Notes: generated by a model not told the origin, from the letters alone. A stretch of DNA of 64,000 nt from an uncultured Gammaproteobacteria bacterium (GCA_964494885.1 CAZBTH010000002.1:29271-93270), one strand, 5' to 3'; counted from the stretch's first letter, positions 11,391-21,004 are shown. Numbers and translations: made by a program.

Positions 11391-11498
11391 AACCACCAGC
11401 TTACGCAGGTGGTTTCTTCTAACCCGATTAACTAAAGTTAATCGTCCTCGCATAGAATGCTCGGAAAATCTTCATCGCACTTGCTTACGCAAGTGGTT
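11391..11498. repeat. Cluster of short hairpins with duplicated GCTTACGCA(A/G)GTGGTTT unit
   Basis: Hairpins at 11391-11414, 11425-11444 and 11478-11495. Confidence 0.55.
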
Positions 11499-11598
11499 TA
11501 ACCGATTTGTAGTTATAAAAAGATCGCATAATTCCCCCTCTGAGTTCAGCTTCATTTATTTTTTCAAAGCTTAACTTTTTCCTACCTCCATCCTCAAA

Positions 11599-11626
11599 TA
11601 CTATAATAATATATATTATTATAGTT
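11599..11626. repeat. 28-bp palindromic site downstream of TrpR-like gene 1
   Basis: TACTATAATAA-TATATA-TTATTATAGTT. Confidence 0.85.
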
Positions 11627-11631
11627 AGAGG

Positions 11632-12078
11632 TTAAATTTTTTTAATAAATCTTTTAATTTTTCTATCCCTTTCCAAAATTGGCTTTCGATATACTTCACC
11701 AGTTAGGGTCCTCTTTTTCTGTGAGAATATTCCCAATATTTCTTCAATTAAAGCCATACCCAAATCTGAATTAGCTATATTTTCCGCTACTTTTTTTACA
11801 GCCCCATTACCGTATTTTATCTTCAAGCTCATTTTGTTGATAGTATTGGGGGTTACCCGTAAAATATTTGATATATTTTCGTAAATATTTCCTTTTTCTA
11901 AAAGTACGGCAATTGCCAACCTTTTAGCAAGTATTGTTTTTTCGATAGGGGATAAGAAATCATTCAAAAAGTTAATTATTTCTTTTTTATTTCTAAATTT
12001 AATTAGTGTATTTTCCAGAAGATCATAAATTCTTTGATCTACTTCTGGTCTCAATCTTATTTTCGAAACCTGTGTCAT
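11632..12078 (-). CDS. TrpR/YerC-YecD family HTH protein (copy 1)
   Basis: FLNDFLSPIEK..LAKRLAIA.LL..G..YE.I...L.VT..TI. Confidence 0.85.
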   Translation of the reverse strand: MTQVSKIRLRPEVDQRIYDLLENTLIKFRNKKEIINFLNDFLSPIEKTILAKRLAIAVLLEKGNIYENISNILRVTPNTINKMSLKIKYGNGAVKKVAENIANSDLGMALIEEILGIFSQKKRTLTGEVYRKPILERDRKIKRFIKKI

Positions 12079-12083
12079 ATGTT

Positions 12084-12111
12084 TACTATCTTAATATATA
12101 TTATTATAGTA
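12084..12111. repeat. 28-bp palindromic site upstream of TrpR-like gene 1
   Basis: TACTATCTTAA-TATATA-TTATTATAGTA. Confidence 0.85.
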
Positions 12112-12194
12112 AAACACAGAAAGTCAAACAACAACTAAACTAGCAATCAACTAATTGCAAACAATATAAATTTGATTTAATATAGTATTAACTT

Positions 12195-12959
12195 ATGGAA
12201 GAAAAGAAAACTATTCCGCCACAAGCAAACTCCGCAGGGGCAGTAATAATATTTTTTATTCTTCTTTTTGTTTTCGCCAAGTGGGGACCGGCAATTAATT
12301 TTTCGACAACGTCGCAATCAAAAGGTGAGCCGTTTGTTGTAAGCGGGGAGGGAAAGGTCTCGGTAACACCAGATGTCGCGAAAATCACCTTTGGTATTCA
12401 GGAGAACGGACAATCCCTGAAACAAGTTCAGGGTGAAGTAAACACTAAATCTAAAACCTTGACCGCCGCAGTTAAAAAGCTGGGCATTGCCGACAGCGAT
12501 ATTAAAACTACCTCATACAATGTCTACCCTCAATATGATTACACAAATTCAAACCAAAAAATAACCGGATACCAAGTTTCCACTGATTACCAGATCACCG
12601 TCAAAGACTTCGACAAAGTAAATGAGGCTATTGTCGTGGCCACATCGGCAGGGGCAAATATTATTGGAGGGGTTAGTTTTGAACTAGACGACTCCACAAA
12701 ATTAGAAAAAATGAACGAAGCCCGCACTAAAGCTGTTGCAGACGCCAAAACTAAAGCAGAGGGGTTGGCCAGTGCCGCAGGAATTTCTTTGGTAAAAATT
12801 ATAAATATTTCTGAAAATCAAAACCAGAATATCAGGCCTTTTGCATTTGCCGAAAAAGCAGTGAGCTTGGACACGGGAACACCTGCCGCCAAACCTGATA
12901 TCCAACCCGGCGAAACCGAAATCCAGTTAACTGTTTCCCTGTCTTACGAAATTAGATAA
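12195..12959 (+). CDS. SIMPL (DUF541) domain protein
   Basis: VSGEGKVSVTPDVA, DIKTTSYNVYPQY, AVADAKTKA, IQPGE motifs. Confidence 0.9.
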   Translation: MEEKKTIPPQANSAGAVIIFFILLFVFAKWGPAINFSTTSQSKGEPFVVSGEGKVSVTPDVAKITFGIQENGQSLKQVQGEVNTKSKTLTAAVKKLGIADSDIKTTSYNVYPQYDYTNSNQKITGYQVSTDYQITVKDFDKVNEAIVVATSAGANIIGGVSFELDDSTKLEKMNEARTKAVADAKTKAEGLASAAGISLVKIINISENQNQNIRPFAFAEKAVSLDTGTPAAKPDIQPGETEIQLTVSLSYEIR

Positions 12960-13000
12960 ACCTACCCCATAAACGCTCTTTAACTTGAAAGGAGAGCAAA

Positions 13001-13807
13001 GTGAAAAAACTTGTTCTTGCCCTTGTTCTGTTATTGATCACGTGCTTGCCAAGTAATACAGAAGTTGCCCCAACGACATTACCAACTAATACAGCACAGC
13101 CGATCTTAACATCAAGACCCAAGACGCAGACGCCAATCCCGAAACCAACTACAACTTCAACACCGTCACCTACACCACCACCTTCGCCAACACCAACCAT
13201 CAACACATACGTGGTTCAGCCGGGTGACACTCTGTGGGAAATCGCAAACCGTTTTGGAATAACCGTCGAATCACTTGCGCTAATAAATGACATTACCGAC
13301 CCAAGTTTGATATACCCGGGTCAGGTTTTGATCATAAGAGGCGACAAAGCCGGTGTAGAGCCGATTGCCCCCATACCCAACATGCTAAAAGGTAAAGAAA
13401 TTGTTGTTATGATACACACTCAACGAACTTACGCCTTTGAAGACGGATCCTTACTTAGAACATTCGTCGTTTCAACCGGAGTAGCCGCACATCCAACAAA
13501 AATCGGCAAGTTCAGAATCATGGTAAAACTTGATTTTGACGACATGACTGATAATCTAACCTATTATCTCCCAAAGGTCCCGTGGGTAATGTACTTCGGT
13601 AATGACGACGTTTCCTGGCAAGAAGGATACTCACTTCATGGAACTTACTGGCATCACAATTTTGGTGTACCAATGAGTCACGGATGTGTTAACTTAAGTA
13701 TCCCCAATGCGGAATGGCTATATAACTGGTCGGACCCATTGCCAACTGGAGGCGAAACCGACGCAACAGAAGCTAACCCGGGAACTATCGTATGGATAAT
13801 TCCGTGA
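13001..13807 (+). CDS. LysM-domain L,D-transpeptidase (YkuD family)
   Basis: [13 protein letters not shown] LysM; HGTYWH..G...SHGCVN; P/T-rich linker; GTG start with SD. Confidence 0.92.
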   Translation: MKKLVLALVLLLITCLPSNTEVAPTTLPTNTAQPILTSRPKTQTPIPKPTTTSTPSPTPPPSPTPTINTYVVQPGDTLWEIANRFGITVESLALINDITDPSLIYPGQVLIIRGDKAGVEPIAPIPNMLKGKEIVVMIHTQRTYAFEDGSLLRTFVVSTGVAAHPTKIGKFRIMVKLDFDDMTDNLTYYLPKVPWVMYFGNDDVSWQEGYSLHGTYWHHNFGVPMSHGCVNLSIPNAEWLYNWSDPLPTGGETDATEANPGTIVWIIP

Positions 13808-13816
13808 GGAAGTGAA

Positions 13817-13866
13817 AAGGGAATCTTAATGATTTAAAAAGAATCAAAAGGTTCCCTTATTTTTTT
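13817..13866 (+). terminator. Intrinsic terminator
   Basis: AAGGGAATCTT...AAGGTTCCCTT followed by a T-tract. Confidence 0.65.
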
Positions 13867-13913
13867 AGATGGAAATAGTACTTGATTTTTATATTCCACT
13901 AAGTAAAATGGTC

Positions 13914-14008
13914 TTTATATCAAGAGGCGGCCAGGGACTAGCCCGATGACCCGCCAACAACCTCCTGAATTTAGTTCGGGAAAGGTGCTAAAACTAGAAC
14001 GATATGAA
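13914..14008 (+). promoter_or_regulatory. SAM-I (S-box) riboswitch, P4-less variant
   Basis: ATCAAGAG, GGGACTAGCCCGATGA, CAACC...GGTGC and GAT core motifs directly upstream of metK. Confidence 0.88.
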
Positions 14009-15062
14009 AAATATATTTTTAGATACTTTCAAAAATTACACTGTTGAATCCGTAACAAGCGGGCACCCCGATAAAATCTGCGACCAAGTTTCCGATGCTA
14101 TTCTGGATGAGTGTCTCCGTCAAGATCCCAAAAGTAGAGTTGCCATAGAAAGTTTTGGCGCGCACGGACTTTTTGTGATTGGCGGAGAAGTCACGACCAA
14201 TGCTAAGTTTGACGCAAAAAAAATTGCAGCCAGAGTTTACAAAGAAATAGGCCACCTTGATAAACTTAAATTTGTAACAAACATAATTAAACAATCCCCG
14301 GACATTGCCATGGGGGTAGATACAGGCGGGGCAGGGGACCAGGGCATTATGTACGGATTTGCGACTGACGAGACCCCCGAATATTTACCCAAAGCCGTTG
14401 CACTTGTTCACAAACTTACAAAAGGACTGGAAGACCTGAGAAGATCAAAAAAAATTAAATGGCTCCTCCCCGATGGCAAAGCCCAGGTCACAATAGAAAA
14501 TGGAAAAATCAAAACAGTTTTAGTTTCGGCACAACACAAGAAAGGTGTAAAGCTTGAACAAGTCCGCAAAGAAATTTCCGAAAAATTAATTAAAAAGCTT
14601 GTTCCTGGTATTAAAGACAAAAACATTTTGGTTAACCCTACAGGTAAATTTGAAGTCGGAGGGTTTATTGCCGATACGGGCTTAACCGGTAGAAAAATCA
14701 TGGTTGACTCTTACGGCGGTCTTATTCCACACGGCGGTGGAGCGTTTTCCGGAAAAGATCCTACAAAAGTGGACAGGAGTGGCGCCTACATGTGCCGATT
14801 TGTTGCTAAAAATCTGGTTGCAAAAGGCAAAGGCAAAAGTGTTCTGGTATCAGTTGCCTATGCTATCGGTAAAGCCGAACCTTTAATGGTCGATGCCAAA
14901 AACGAAAAGGGTAAAGATCTTTCAGACTACGTTAAAAAACATTTCGACTTTAAGCCCCTGGCAATTATCGAAAAACTAAAACTTAGAAGCCCCATTTATT
15001 CCCAAACCGCCGCCTATGGCCACTTCGGCAAAAAAGGCCTCCCTTGGGAAGAAATTGAATAA
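14004..15062 (+). CDS. metK: S-adenosylmethionine synthetase
   Basis: ESVTSGHPDK, GAGDQG, GGGAFSGKDPTKVDRS. Confidence 0.97.
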   Translation: MKNIFLDTFKNYTVESVTSGHPDKICDQVSDAILDECLRQDPKSRVAIESFGAHGLFVIGGEVTTNAKFDAKKIAARVYKEIGHLDKLKFVTNIIKQSPDIAMGVDTGGAGDQGIMYGFATDETPEYLPKAVALVHKLTKGLEDLRRSKKIKWLLPDGKAQVTIENGKIKTVLVSAQHKKGVKLEQVRKEISEKLIKKLVPGIKDKNILVNPTGKFEVGGFIADTGLTGRKIMVDSYGGLIPHGGGAFSGKDPTKVDRSGAYMCRFVAKNLVAKGKGKSVLVSVAYAIGKAEPLMVDAKNEKGKDLSDYVKKHFDFKPLAIIEKLKLRSPIYSQTAAYGHFGKKGLPWEEIE

Positions 15063-15112
15063 ACTGTCTCACCCTCAAACTTTTAAAGCGATATAATTAA
15101 TATATAACTCCC

Positions 15113-16108
15113 ATGTCAGATTTTGATAAAAATGAGGGATTTTTACAACCAGCCGAACAGTACAAACCGTCTGTCAAATTTATCCAAATAAGACATTCCG
15201 ACAATGATGCGCCAAATGTCTGGTTAGAAGCAAAAAAAAACGATGTTATTTTACTTGAAGTTGGGGATCTAACAATACATGAACGAGAGGCTCGCGAAAC
15301 AGGTGCCAATAGTGTAGCTTCTTTAGAAGATCCTACAGAAAGAAAAAGAAAACTCGGTAATGCCTATTCAGATGGATCTTTCTTATCGCAAATCATGAAG
15401 GGTGCAATACTCGAAGGGAAAGAAATTCACTTTGTCGACATTCCAGAAAACCACGATACTAATAAAACTCAAAATGAGGAATTGAGTTACTTACAAAAAA
15501 GTTATGACTGCTTTTTTGAAGCCGATTTCAAAGGTTCATTATTACATCTCCGCAATTACATACTTGCCGATGGTGAGTCTGGTCAACTTCGAGAAAAAAT
15601 CGTAGTTTCTCAAATTGAAAATTTATTACAAAAAAATCAAACAAAATGGAAGAATAAATCTGTCTGTGTTATCCAGGGTATGAACCATGTTAAAAGTTAT
15701 CATATTTTCAAAAATAGAAACCCAGGGGTATCATCCTCACGTACTTTTTTGAATGGAAAGCGATTCTCTTTCTTACTTGAACACGAGGCACGACAAAGAT
15801 TAAATGCGGGTTCCAAAGAAGATCAAAAGTTATCTATTGAGCGCTTATTCATTTCTCGCCTAATTTTGCCGGCACTTATAACAGATGAAAATATCAATGA
15901 AAAAAATAAAAAAACGGATGAATTGGCCAGGATGATTGGTAGAGATGAAATCAACACTATTTTTAAAAAACTTACCGAAATACGAAGAGATGTGAAATCG
16001 GAACTCCACATGAATAACCCAGAATATATTAAAGCATACATTAATAAACGAGTTGAGCTTCTCGCACAACAAATATTAGAACAGCATCCTCTTTCGCAAA
16101 AAATTTGA
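15113..16108 (+). CDS. Hypothetical protein, paralog A
   Basis: 331-aa ORF; shares FIQI.H, DV.LLE, ILEGKE.H..D, KWKNK..CVIQG.NH motifs with 16279-17322. Confidence 0.8.
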   Translation: MSDFDKNEGFLQPAEQYKPSVKFIQIRHSDNDAPNVWLEAKKNDVILLEVGDLTIHEREARETGANSVASLEDPTERKRKLGNAYSDGSFLSQIMKGAILEGKEIHFVDIPENHDTNKTQNEELSYLQKSYDCFFEADFKGSLLHLRNYILADGESGQLREKIVVSQIENLLQKNQTKWKNKSVCVIQGMNHVKSYHIFKNRNPGVSSSRTFLNGKRFSFLLEHEARQRLNAGSKEDQKLSIERLFISRLILPALITDENINEKNKKTDELARMIGRDEINTIFKKLTEIRRDVKSELHMNNPEYIKAYINKRVELLAQQILEQHPLSQKI

Positions 16109-16184
16109 CCTCTGCTGTGATTGAACGAGCAATGCCGATTGGTAGACGCGTTAATGACCTCAATTAAGTCTAAAAACGTGGTGT

Positions 16185-16227
16185 CCACTTCGGCAAAAAA
16201 GGATTGCCTTGGGAAGAAATTGAGTAA
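16185..16227 (+). repeat. Duplicate of the metK 3' end (HFGKKGLPWEEIE*)
   Basis: 43-bp direct repeat of 15020-15062 with synonymous differences only. Confidence 0.9.
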
Positions 16228-16278
16228 CTTTTCCTTCCTCAATGACTATTAAAGAGATACAATAGTTGTGTATATATT

Positions 16279-17322
16279 ATGGAGTTATTTGACAGATTGA
16301 ACATACCATTATTAAAAAGGGCACAGGAATCCAGAGTGAGATTTGTGCAAATTGAACACGCTCCTGAAAACGCAACCAAGATCTGGGAAGAGGCGAGAAA
16401 ATACGACGTTGTTTTACTTGAGTGTACAAACGTTTCGGAAAAACGACGAGTCGATCTTGAAAATACGATAAACAAAGTATCGTCACTAGAAACACGGTCT
16501 CAAAGAGAGAAAGTTCTCGGAACCGTCTTCTCAGGAAAAGAATTTGACAATCAAATAATTAGAAGTTTAATCCTTGAAGGTAAAGAGTTCCATTATATCG
16601 ATGTTTTTGACAATGACGAAGCGAACACACTACGCAGAGAATCAAGGACGCTAAGGAAACTGGAAACTGATTATTTTTGTCAAGGTAAATTTGATCTTTC
16701 GTTTGTCTATTCTAAAAAAGCCACCATCGCTAGAGCCCATAGTGATTTTGCAAGAGAAGAAGTAGTTTCAAAACAAATAGAGGATCTAAGAACCAAATCG
16801 TCGAAAAAATGGAAAAATAAAACTATATGTGTTATACAAGGTCAAAATCACTCTCGAACTTATCATATATTCAAAAGGGATTACCCCTCGGTAGAATCTT
16901 CGAGAACATTTCTTGAAGACGACGTGTTTGTCTTCTCCCTCACAACCGAGGCTAAAAATCGCCTCCTAGCTGGATCACCAGAAAGTCGAGAAATTGCTTT
17001 CAAAAGGTCATTTATTGCACAAAATGTTTTGTTTCCACGGTCGGACAGCGACCAAGATATCGGAGAAAGAATAGAAATATCTGACAAAATTGCCAGAAAT
17101 CTATCTACAACCGAAATTGACGAGATATTTACTAGTCTAACAATGATCCAACAATTTATTCGGGAAAATTTTAGCAATATGCCAGACTTGGCCACATTTT
17201 ATGCTTTAAAACATGCTGAAATTTTAGGTCGACAGATAATCGAAAAACACCCACTTTTTCCCGAAAATTCGACACAAGTAGTATGTCATCCTCCCCGCCA
17301 TTCTGGCTGGGTAGCCGTCTAA
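16279..17322 (+). CDS. Hypothetical protein, paralog B
   Basis: 347-aa ORF paralogous to 15113-16108. Confidence 0.8.
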   Translation: MELFDRLNIPLLKRAQESRVRFVQIEHAPENATKIWEEARKYDVVLLECTNVSEKRRVDLENTINKVSSLETRSQREKVLGTVFSGKEFDNQIIRSLILEGKEFHYIDVFDNDEANTLRRESRTLRKLETDYFCQGKFDLSFVYSKKATIARAHSDFAREEVVSKQIEDLRTKSSKKWKNKTICVIQGQNHSRTYHIFKRDYPSVESSRTFLEDDVFVFSLTTEAKNRLLAGSPESREIAFKRSFIAQNVLFPRSDSDQDIGERIEISDKIARNLSTTEIDEIFTSLTMIQQFIRENFSNMPDLATFYALKHAEILGRQIIEKHPLFPENSTQVVCHPPRHSGWVAV

Positions 17323-17401
17323 ACGAGGATGACATATCAGCGTTCAATTCATCCGCGGGCTCATCGCCCTTGGTTTTCTTGAATGCTGTTATAATATATC
17401 C

Positions 17402-19120
17402 ATGCCTGAACAAACCGAAGTACTCGATGCTTACGAAGAAAAGTGGGGTGAATATAGTGAACCTGCCGAGCGCGGCGGGGGAAGAGGCAAACGCCCCAAA
17501 AACGGCCCCACCAAAAGCCAGGAGGCTTCATCTGCGGAAGAGAACGCAAGGCTTGCGCGTGAGCGCCAGGAGTTCGCTGAAAACCAGATCTTGGAATACG
17601 TTGATACCACCTGGAAAAGCTTCAAAGAGGAAGATCGGCCTAAAAAAATCGCTGAATACGCAAGATGGATGGAAAAGGCCGCCAAACAAAGAGAGTTTAA
17701 AATTGACACAAATGAAGTAAGGTTTAAATCTAAATTATCAAGCGGCAACGGTGGTCAAAATGTTCAAAAAAATGAAACCGCCATAGATGCTAAACATATT
17801 CCAACTGGACTTAGATCCGGCTCTCAGGACGAAACTAGCCAGCTACACAACAAACAAGTCGCACTTCAAATATTAACATTGAATATTAAATCTCAACTTA
17901 AACTCTGGAAAGAAACATCAAAAGAATTCAGGAAAAAATTAATGCACCCCGAAGAGTCCGAAAAATTCGAAACCGGTTTTGTGCCACTTCCCGAAGGAGT
18001 AACAATCGACAGCCTCAGGGCGCAAGTGCCGCCATCAGAAGAACTAACCGTTATGTTTGGTTGGGAAGGTGATATCGATGGTAAGCCCAAAAGCGCCACA
18101 GTCGCCGGTGAAAATTTTTATTTATATCCCGCAATAGAATACCGGGTAAATTATAATTCATCCCAAAATGGCGATGTCTACATGAACCCAGTTGACCTAA
18201 AAAGTGGCGCACCGGAAGTTTCCGATATCCCGGCCGCTCTTGATATACATTTGGCATCAGGAAAGGGTAGGCAGACATCATGCATTAATATTTCTGCTAA
18301 AAGTTCGGATGGGAAAATATCAAAAGCTATCGGTAAAATTCAAATGGGAATTGAAAGGTTGCAGGATATTGACAGACTCAAGACTTTTGCCCAAGAATAT
18401 TACCAATCGAATCTTGCGACCGATCTGAAAACAATAAAAGAAGCATTAGACATTACCACTTTTCAAGAAGGGTCCCGTGCAGACCAAATAATATACCGCC
18501 AAGCCTGGCTAATATTCGAAAGTGAGTTTTACATAAGATTAGATGAAAACAGGAATACAGACAATCTAAAGGAACTAATGCAAGACTCCCTGATTCAATA
18601 TATGGAGCAAATTAAAGATATTTTAGAAAACAGACCGACAGAATTAATTAATATAACCGACGACCCAAATAGCATAGTTATACATTTTGACACTATCCCA
18701 ACCGACTTAAGCGACCCGGATCATGGTCTTATTGTACTGACAACTTATATTCCGAACCGCGGTTGGACCGTAATGGCCCCAATTGGTGATTGCCCAAATT
18801 TTGCAGCCTACATGCTCAAGGATTTTGCCACCGGCCCGAACAAAGAAAACCAAGCATCAATATTTGCGTATTCATTTCAAACTGCGAAAGAGAGCGGAGA
18901 ATTGGACATTTTAAACGGCGGTAAAACATTATTGTTTAAAAACTTATCGGACCTTAATCCCTACATGGCCGTTTTTCATAGCGACGACCACACCCTCAAA
19001 ATGGCTTTAGAAACTCTCAGGGTTGCAGGGGATCCGGTTCTCGGAGAGGATACCTTTAATTTTATTATCTATAAAAAGAGCGAGGTTGTTCCTGAAATTT
19101 TATCCTTAGATTTGACATAA
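17402..19120 (+). CDS. GGQ-containing RF-1/ArfB-like domain fused to a long unknown C-terminal region
   Basis: SSGNGGQNVQKNETAI..KHIPTGL...QDETSQLHNKQVAL. Confidence 0.75.
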   Translation: MPEQTEVLDAYEEKWGEYSEPAERGGGRGKRPKNGPTKSQEASSAEENARLARERQEFAENQILEYVDTTWKSFKEEDRPKKIAEYARWMEKAAKQREFKIDTNEVRFKSKLSSGNGGQNVQKNETAIDAKHIPTGLRSGSQDETSQLHNKQVALQILTLNIKSQLKLWKETSKEFRKKLMHPEESEKFETGFVPLPEGVTIDSLRAQVPPSEELTVMFGWEGDIDGKPKSATVAGENFYLYPAIEYRVNYNSSQNGDVYMNPVDLKSGAPEVSDIPAALDIHLASGKGRQTSCINISAKSSDGKISKAIGKIQMGIERLQDIDRLKTFAQEYYQSNLATDLKTIKEALDITTFQEGSRADQIIYRQAWLIFESEFYIRLDENRNTDNLKELMQDSLIQYMEQIKDILENRPTELINITDDPNSIVIHFDTIPTDLSDPDHGLIVLTTYIPNRGWTVMAPIGDCPNFAAYMLKDFATGPNKENQASIFAYSFQTAKESGELDILNGGKTLLFKNLSDLNPYMAVFHSDDHTLKMALETLRVAGDPVLGEDTFNFIIYKKSEVVPEILSLDLT

Positions 19121-19147
19121 CCCCATATCTAAAGTTATATTTACTAT

Positions 19148-19549
19148 ATGGCCAAAGGGTTTGTCCAAAATTTAGAAGAATTAACAGCGCAAAATTCCAA
19201 CTTCAGAAAAGTAATATATACCGCAAAACATTCCCAATTGGTTTTGATGTGCCTTAAACCGAACGAGGAAATTGGGATGGAAAACCACCTGGATAATGAC
19301 CAATTTTTAAGAATCGAGAGCGGGGAAGGGAAAGCCATAATTGACGGAAACGAACAGACTTTTAGCACCGGATGGTGTGTGGTGGTTCCTGCAGGTTCCC
19401 AACACAACATAATTAATACTTCGGCCACCAGTGAACTCAAACTCTACACAGTCTATTCTCCCGCCCATCACAAAGACGGAACAGTCCACGAAACAAAGGA
19501 AATAGCCATGTCTTCAGAGGAGGACTTTGACGGAGTTACTTCAGAATAA
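19148..19549 (+). CDS. Cupin domain protein
   Basis: NFRKVIYT..SQLVLM, EIG.E.H..DQF, VPAGSQHNIIN. Confidence 0.9.
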   Translation: MAKGFVQNLEELTAQNSNFRKVIYTAKHSQLVLMCLKPNEEIGMENHLDNDQFLRIESGEGKAIIDGNEQTFSTGWCVVVPAGSQHNIINTSATSELKLYTVYSPAHHKDGTVHETKEIAMSSEEDFDGVTSE

Positions 19550-19559
19550 GAACTAAAAA

Positions 19560-19763
19560 TTAATTCCCAAACTCTCTACTTACCGGCAAGACACTTTGTT
19601 CTTGCTTTGTTTTTATCTTGATTAATAAAGCCTCAAGGGCTTCACCTGTAAGTGCTTGCCCCTCAACAGATTCACCACATTTTGGACACACAATCGAATC
19701 GTCAACCACCTTACCCTGGTAGCCACAACTAAAGCACTCAATGTCATGTGTAGCCCTACTCAT
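19560..19763 (-). CDS. Small zinc-ribbon protein
   Basis: CFSCG...CPKCG. Confidence 0.6.
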   Translation of the reverse strand: MSRATHDIECFSCGYQGKVVDDSIVCPKCGESVEGQALTGEALEALLIKIKTKQEQSVLPVSREFGN

Positions 19764-19845
19764 GTCGTTATTGTACTCTAGGTTGTCAAATTTTGAAACT
19801 ACTGGTATTTTCAATTTATGACACACTGAGTTAAAATACCTTATT

Positions 19846-20316
19846 ATGGTAATGGACCCCGAAGCAATTCAAGAAAACTTTGAATCTGACATGTACCAAA
19901 CGAAACGCCCTTCACTACCAGTTAGGGGCAAGGGGGCCGAAAGGCTAAGGATATACGAGACCGAAAAAGCCGAACAAGCAATTCAAAAACATGTACACTT
20001 TTTGGAATCGGATCAAAACCCAAAAACACGACAGGAAAAACTAGGCAAGTATTGGGGATGGGTCAATGAATGTATGAGAATGCGATACCTCCCCCAAACA
20101 GAAATTGAAGATTTTGAGATTTCTCAGACAGAAAACACAGTTACGGTACTTCACAAACCGTCACAATTGTCATCAACGTTTTCCGGAGCCAAAGACCAGC
20201 ACGAGAATGAGAAGGGTGCATACGAACGAATTTGGGGAATTCTCGAAGATCACAGAGATGCATGGAAACACAGGGTTTCCAAAAAATTCAAGGCAAGACA
20301 CAAAGTTATAAGTTAA
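19846..20316 (+). CDS. Hypothetical protein with degenerate RF-1-like domain (no GGQ)
   Basis: VTVLHKPSQL...KDQHENEK resembles the post-GGQ segment of release-factor domain 3. Confidence 0.6.
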   Translation: MVMDPEAIQENFESDMYQTKRPSLPVRGKGAERLRIYETEKAEQAIQKHVHFLESDQNPKTRQEKLGKYWGWVNECMRMRYLPQTEIEDFEISQTENTVTVLHKPSQLSSTFSGAKDQHENEKGAYERIWGILEDHRDAWKHRVSKKFKARHKVIS

Positions 20317-20351
20317 TTAAATATTTTAGTTCTCTTACCAACTGTCTACAA

Positions 20352-20379
20352 TACTTTAATGATCTAGATCGTTAAAGTA
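20352..20379. repeat. 28-bp palindromic site downstream of TrpR-like gene 2
   Basis: TACTTTAATGA-TCTAGA-TCGTTAAAGTA. Confidence 0.85.
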
Positions 20380-20397
20380 TTTGCAGCAAAACTAGCC

Positions 20398-20844
20398 CTA
20401 GATTCCCTTCTTAAAACGGCTGATGTTTTTATTTCTTTGAAACACTTTTTTGTGATATTCACTTAAGGGTAAACCTTTTATTGGAATATTGAACATGCTT
20501 TGGATTTCCTCCCAAATTATTCTGGCCGAATCCCGCTTTAAAACATTCCCAACCACTTCATTCGTTCCCTTTTCTCCATACTTTATATGCAAATTCATTT
20601 TGGCAATCGTCGCCGTGGTAACATGCAAGATCCTTTTGATTTCCTCGTAACTGTTTCCTTTTGCCAAAAGTACTGCCAAAGCAAATCGTTTTGCCAACAT
20701 TATTTTTTCGGTAGGGGATAAGAAGTCATTTAGAAATATATCAAATTTCTCTTTGTTTTTGATTGAAAGAAGCGATTCACTAAAGAGGTTGAATATCCTA
20801 TCCCAAACTTCCGGTCTTAATTTAAACCTCGAAACCATTGTCAT
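20398..20844 (-). CDS. TrpR/YerC-YecD family HTH protein (copy 2)
   Basis: FLNDFLSPTEKIMLAKRFALAVLL..G.SYEEI; same length (148 aa) as copy 1. Confidence 0.85.
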   Translation of the reverse strand: MTMVSRFKLRPEVWDRIFNLFSESLLSIKNKEKFDIFLNDFLSPTEKIMLAKRFALAVLLAKGNSYEEIKRILHVTTATIAKMNLHIKYGEKGTNEVVGNVLKRDSARIIWEEIQSMFNIPIKGLPLSEYHKKVFQRNKNISRFKKGI

Positions 20845-20849
20845 ATTAA

Positions 20850-20877
20850 TAGTATATTGATCTAGATCATTAAACTA
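20850..20877. repeat. 28-bp palindromic site upstream of TrpR-like gene 2
   Basis: TAGTATATTGA-TCTAGA-TCATTAAACTA. Confidence 0.85.
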
Positions 20878-21004
20878 AATGGGCTTAAAAAATCGTGATT
20901 ATTTATTAGGACATCAGCAGATGGTATCCGACAAAAATTCTAAAAAAGAATTTTCAGGTTAAGGTATTCTAGAAATTAAAGATTCTAATACCATCAAGTA
21001 AATA

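Noticed and set aside
13060-13200. Repetitive ACC/CCA-rich DNA
   Set aside because: Explained by the Pro/Thr linker of the L,D-transpeptidase
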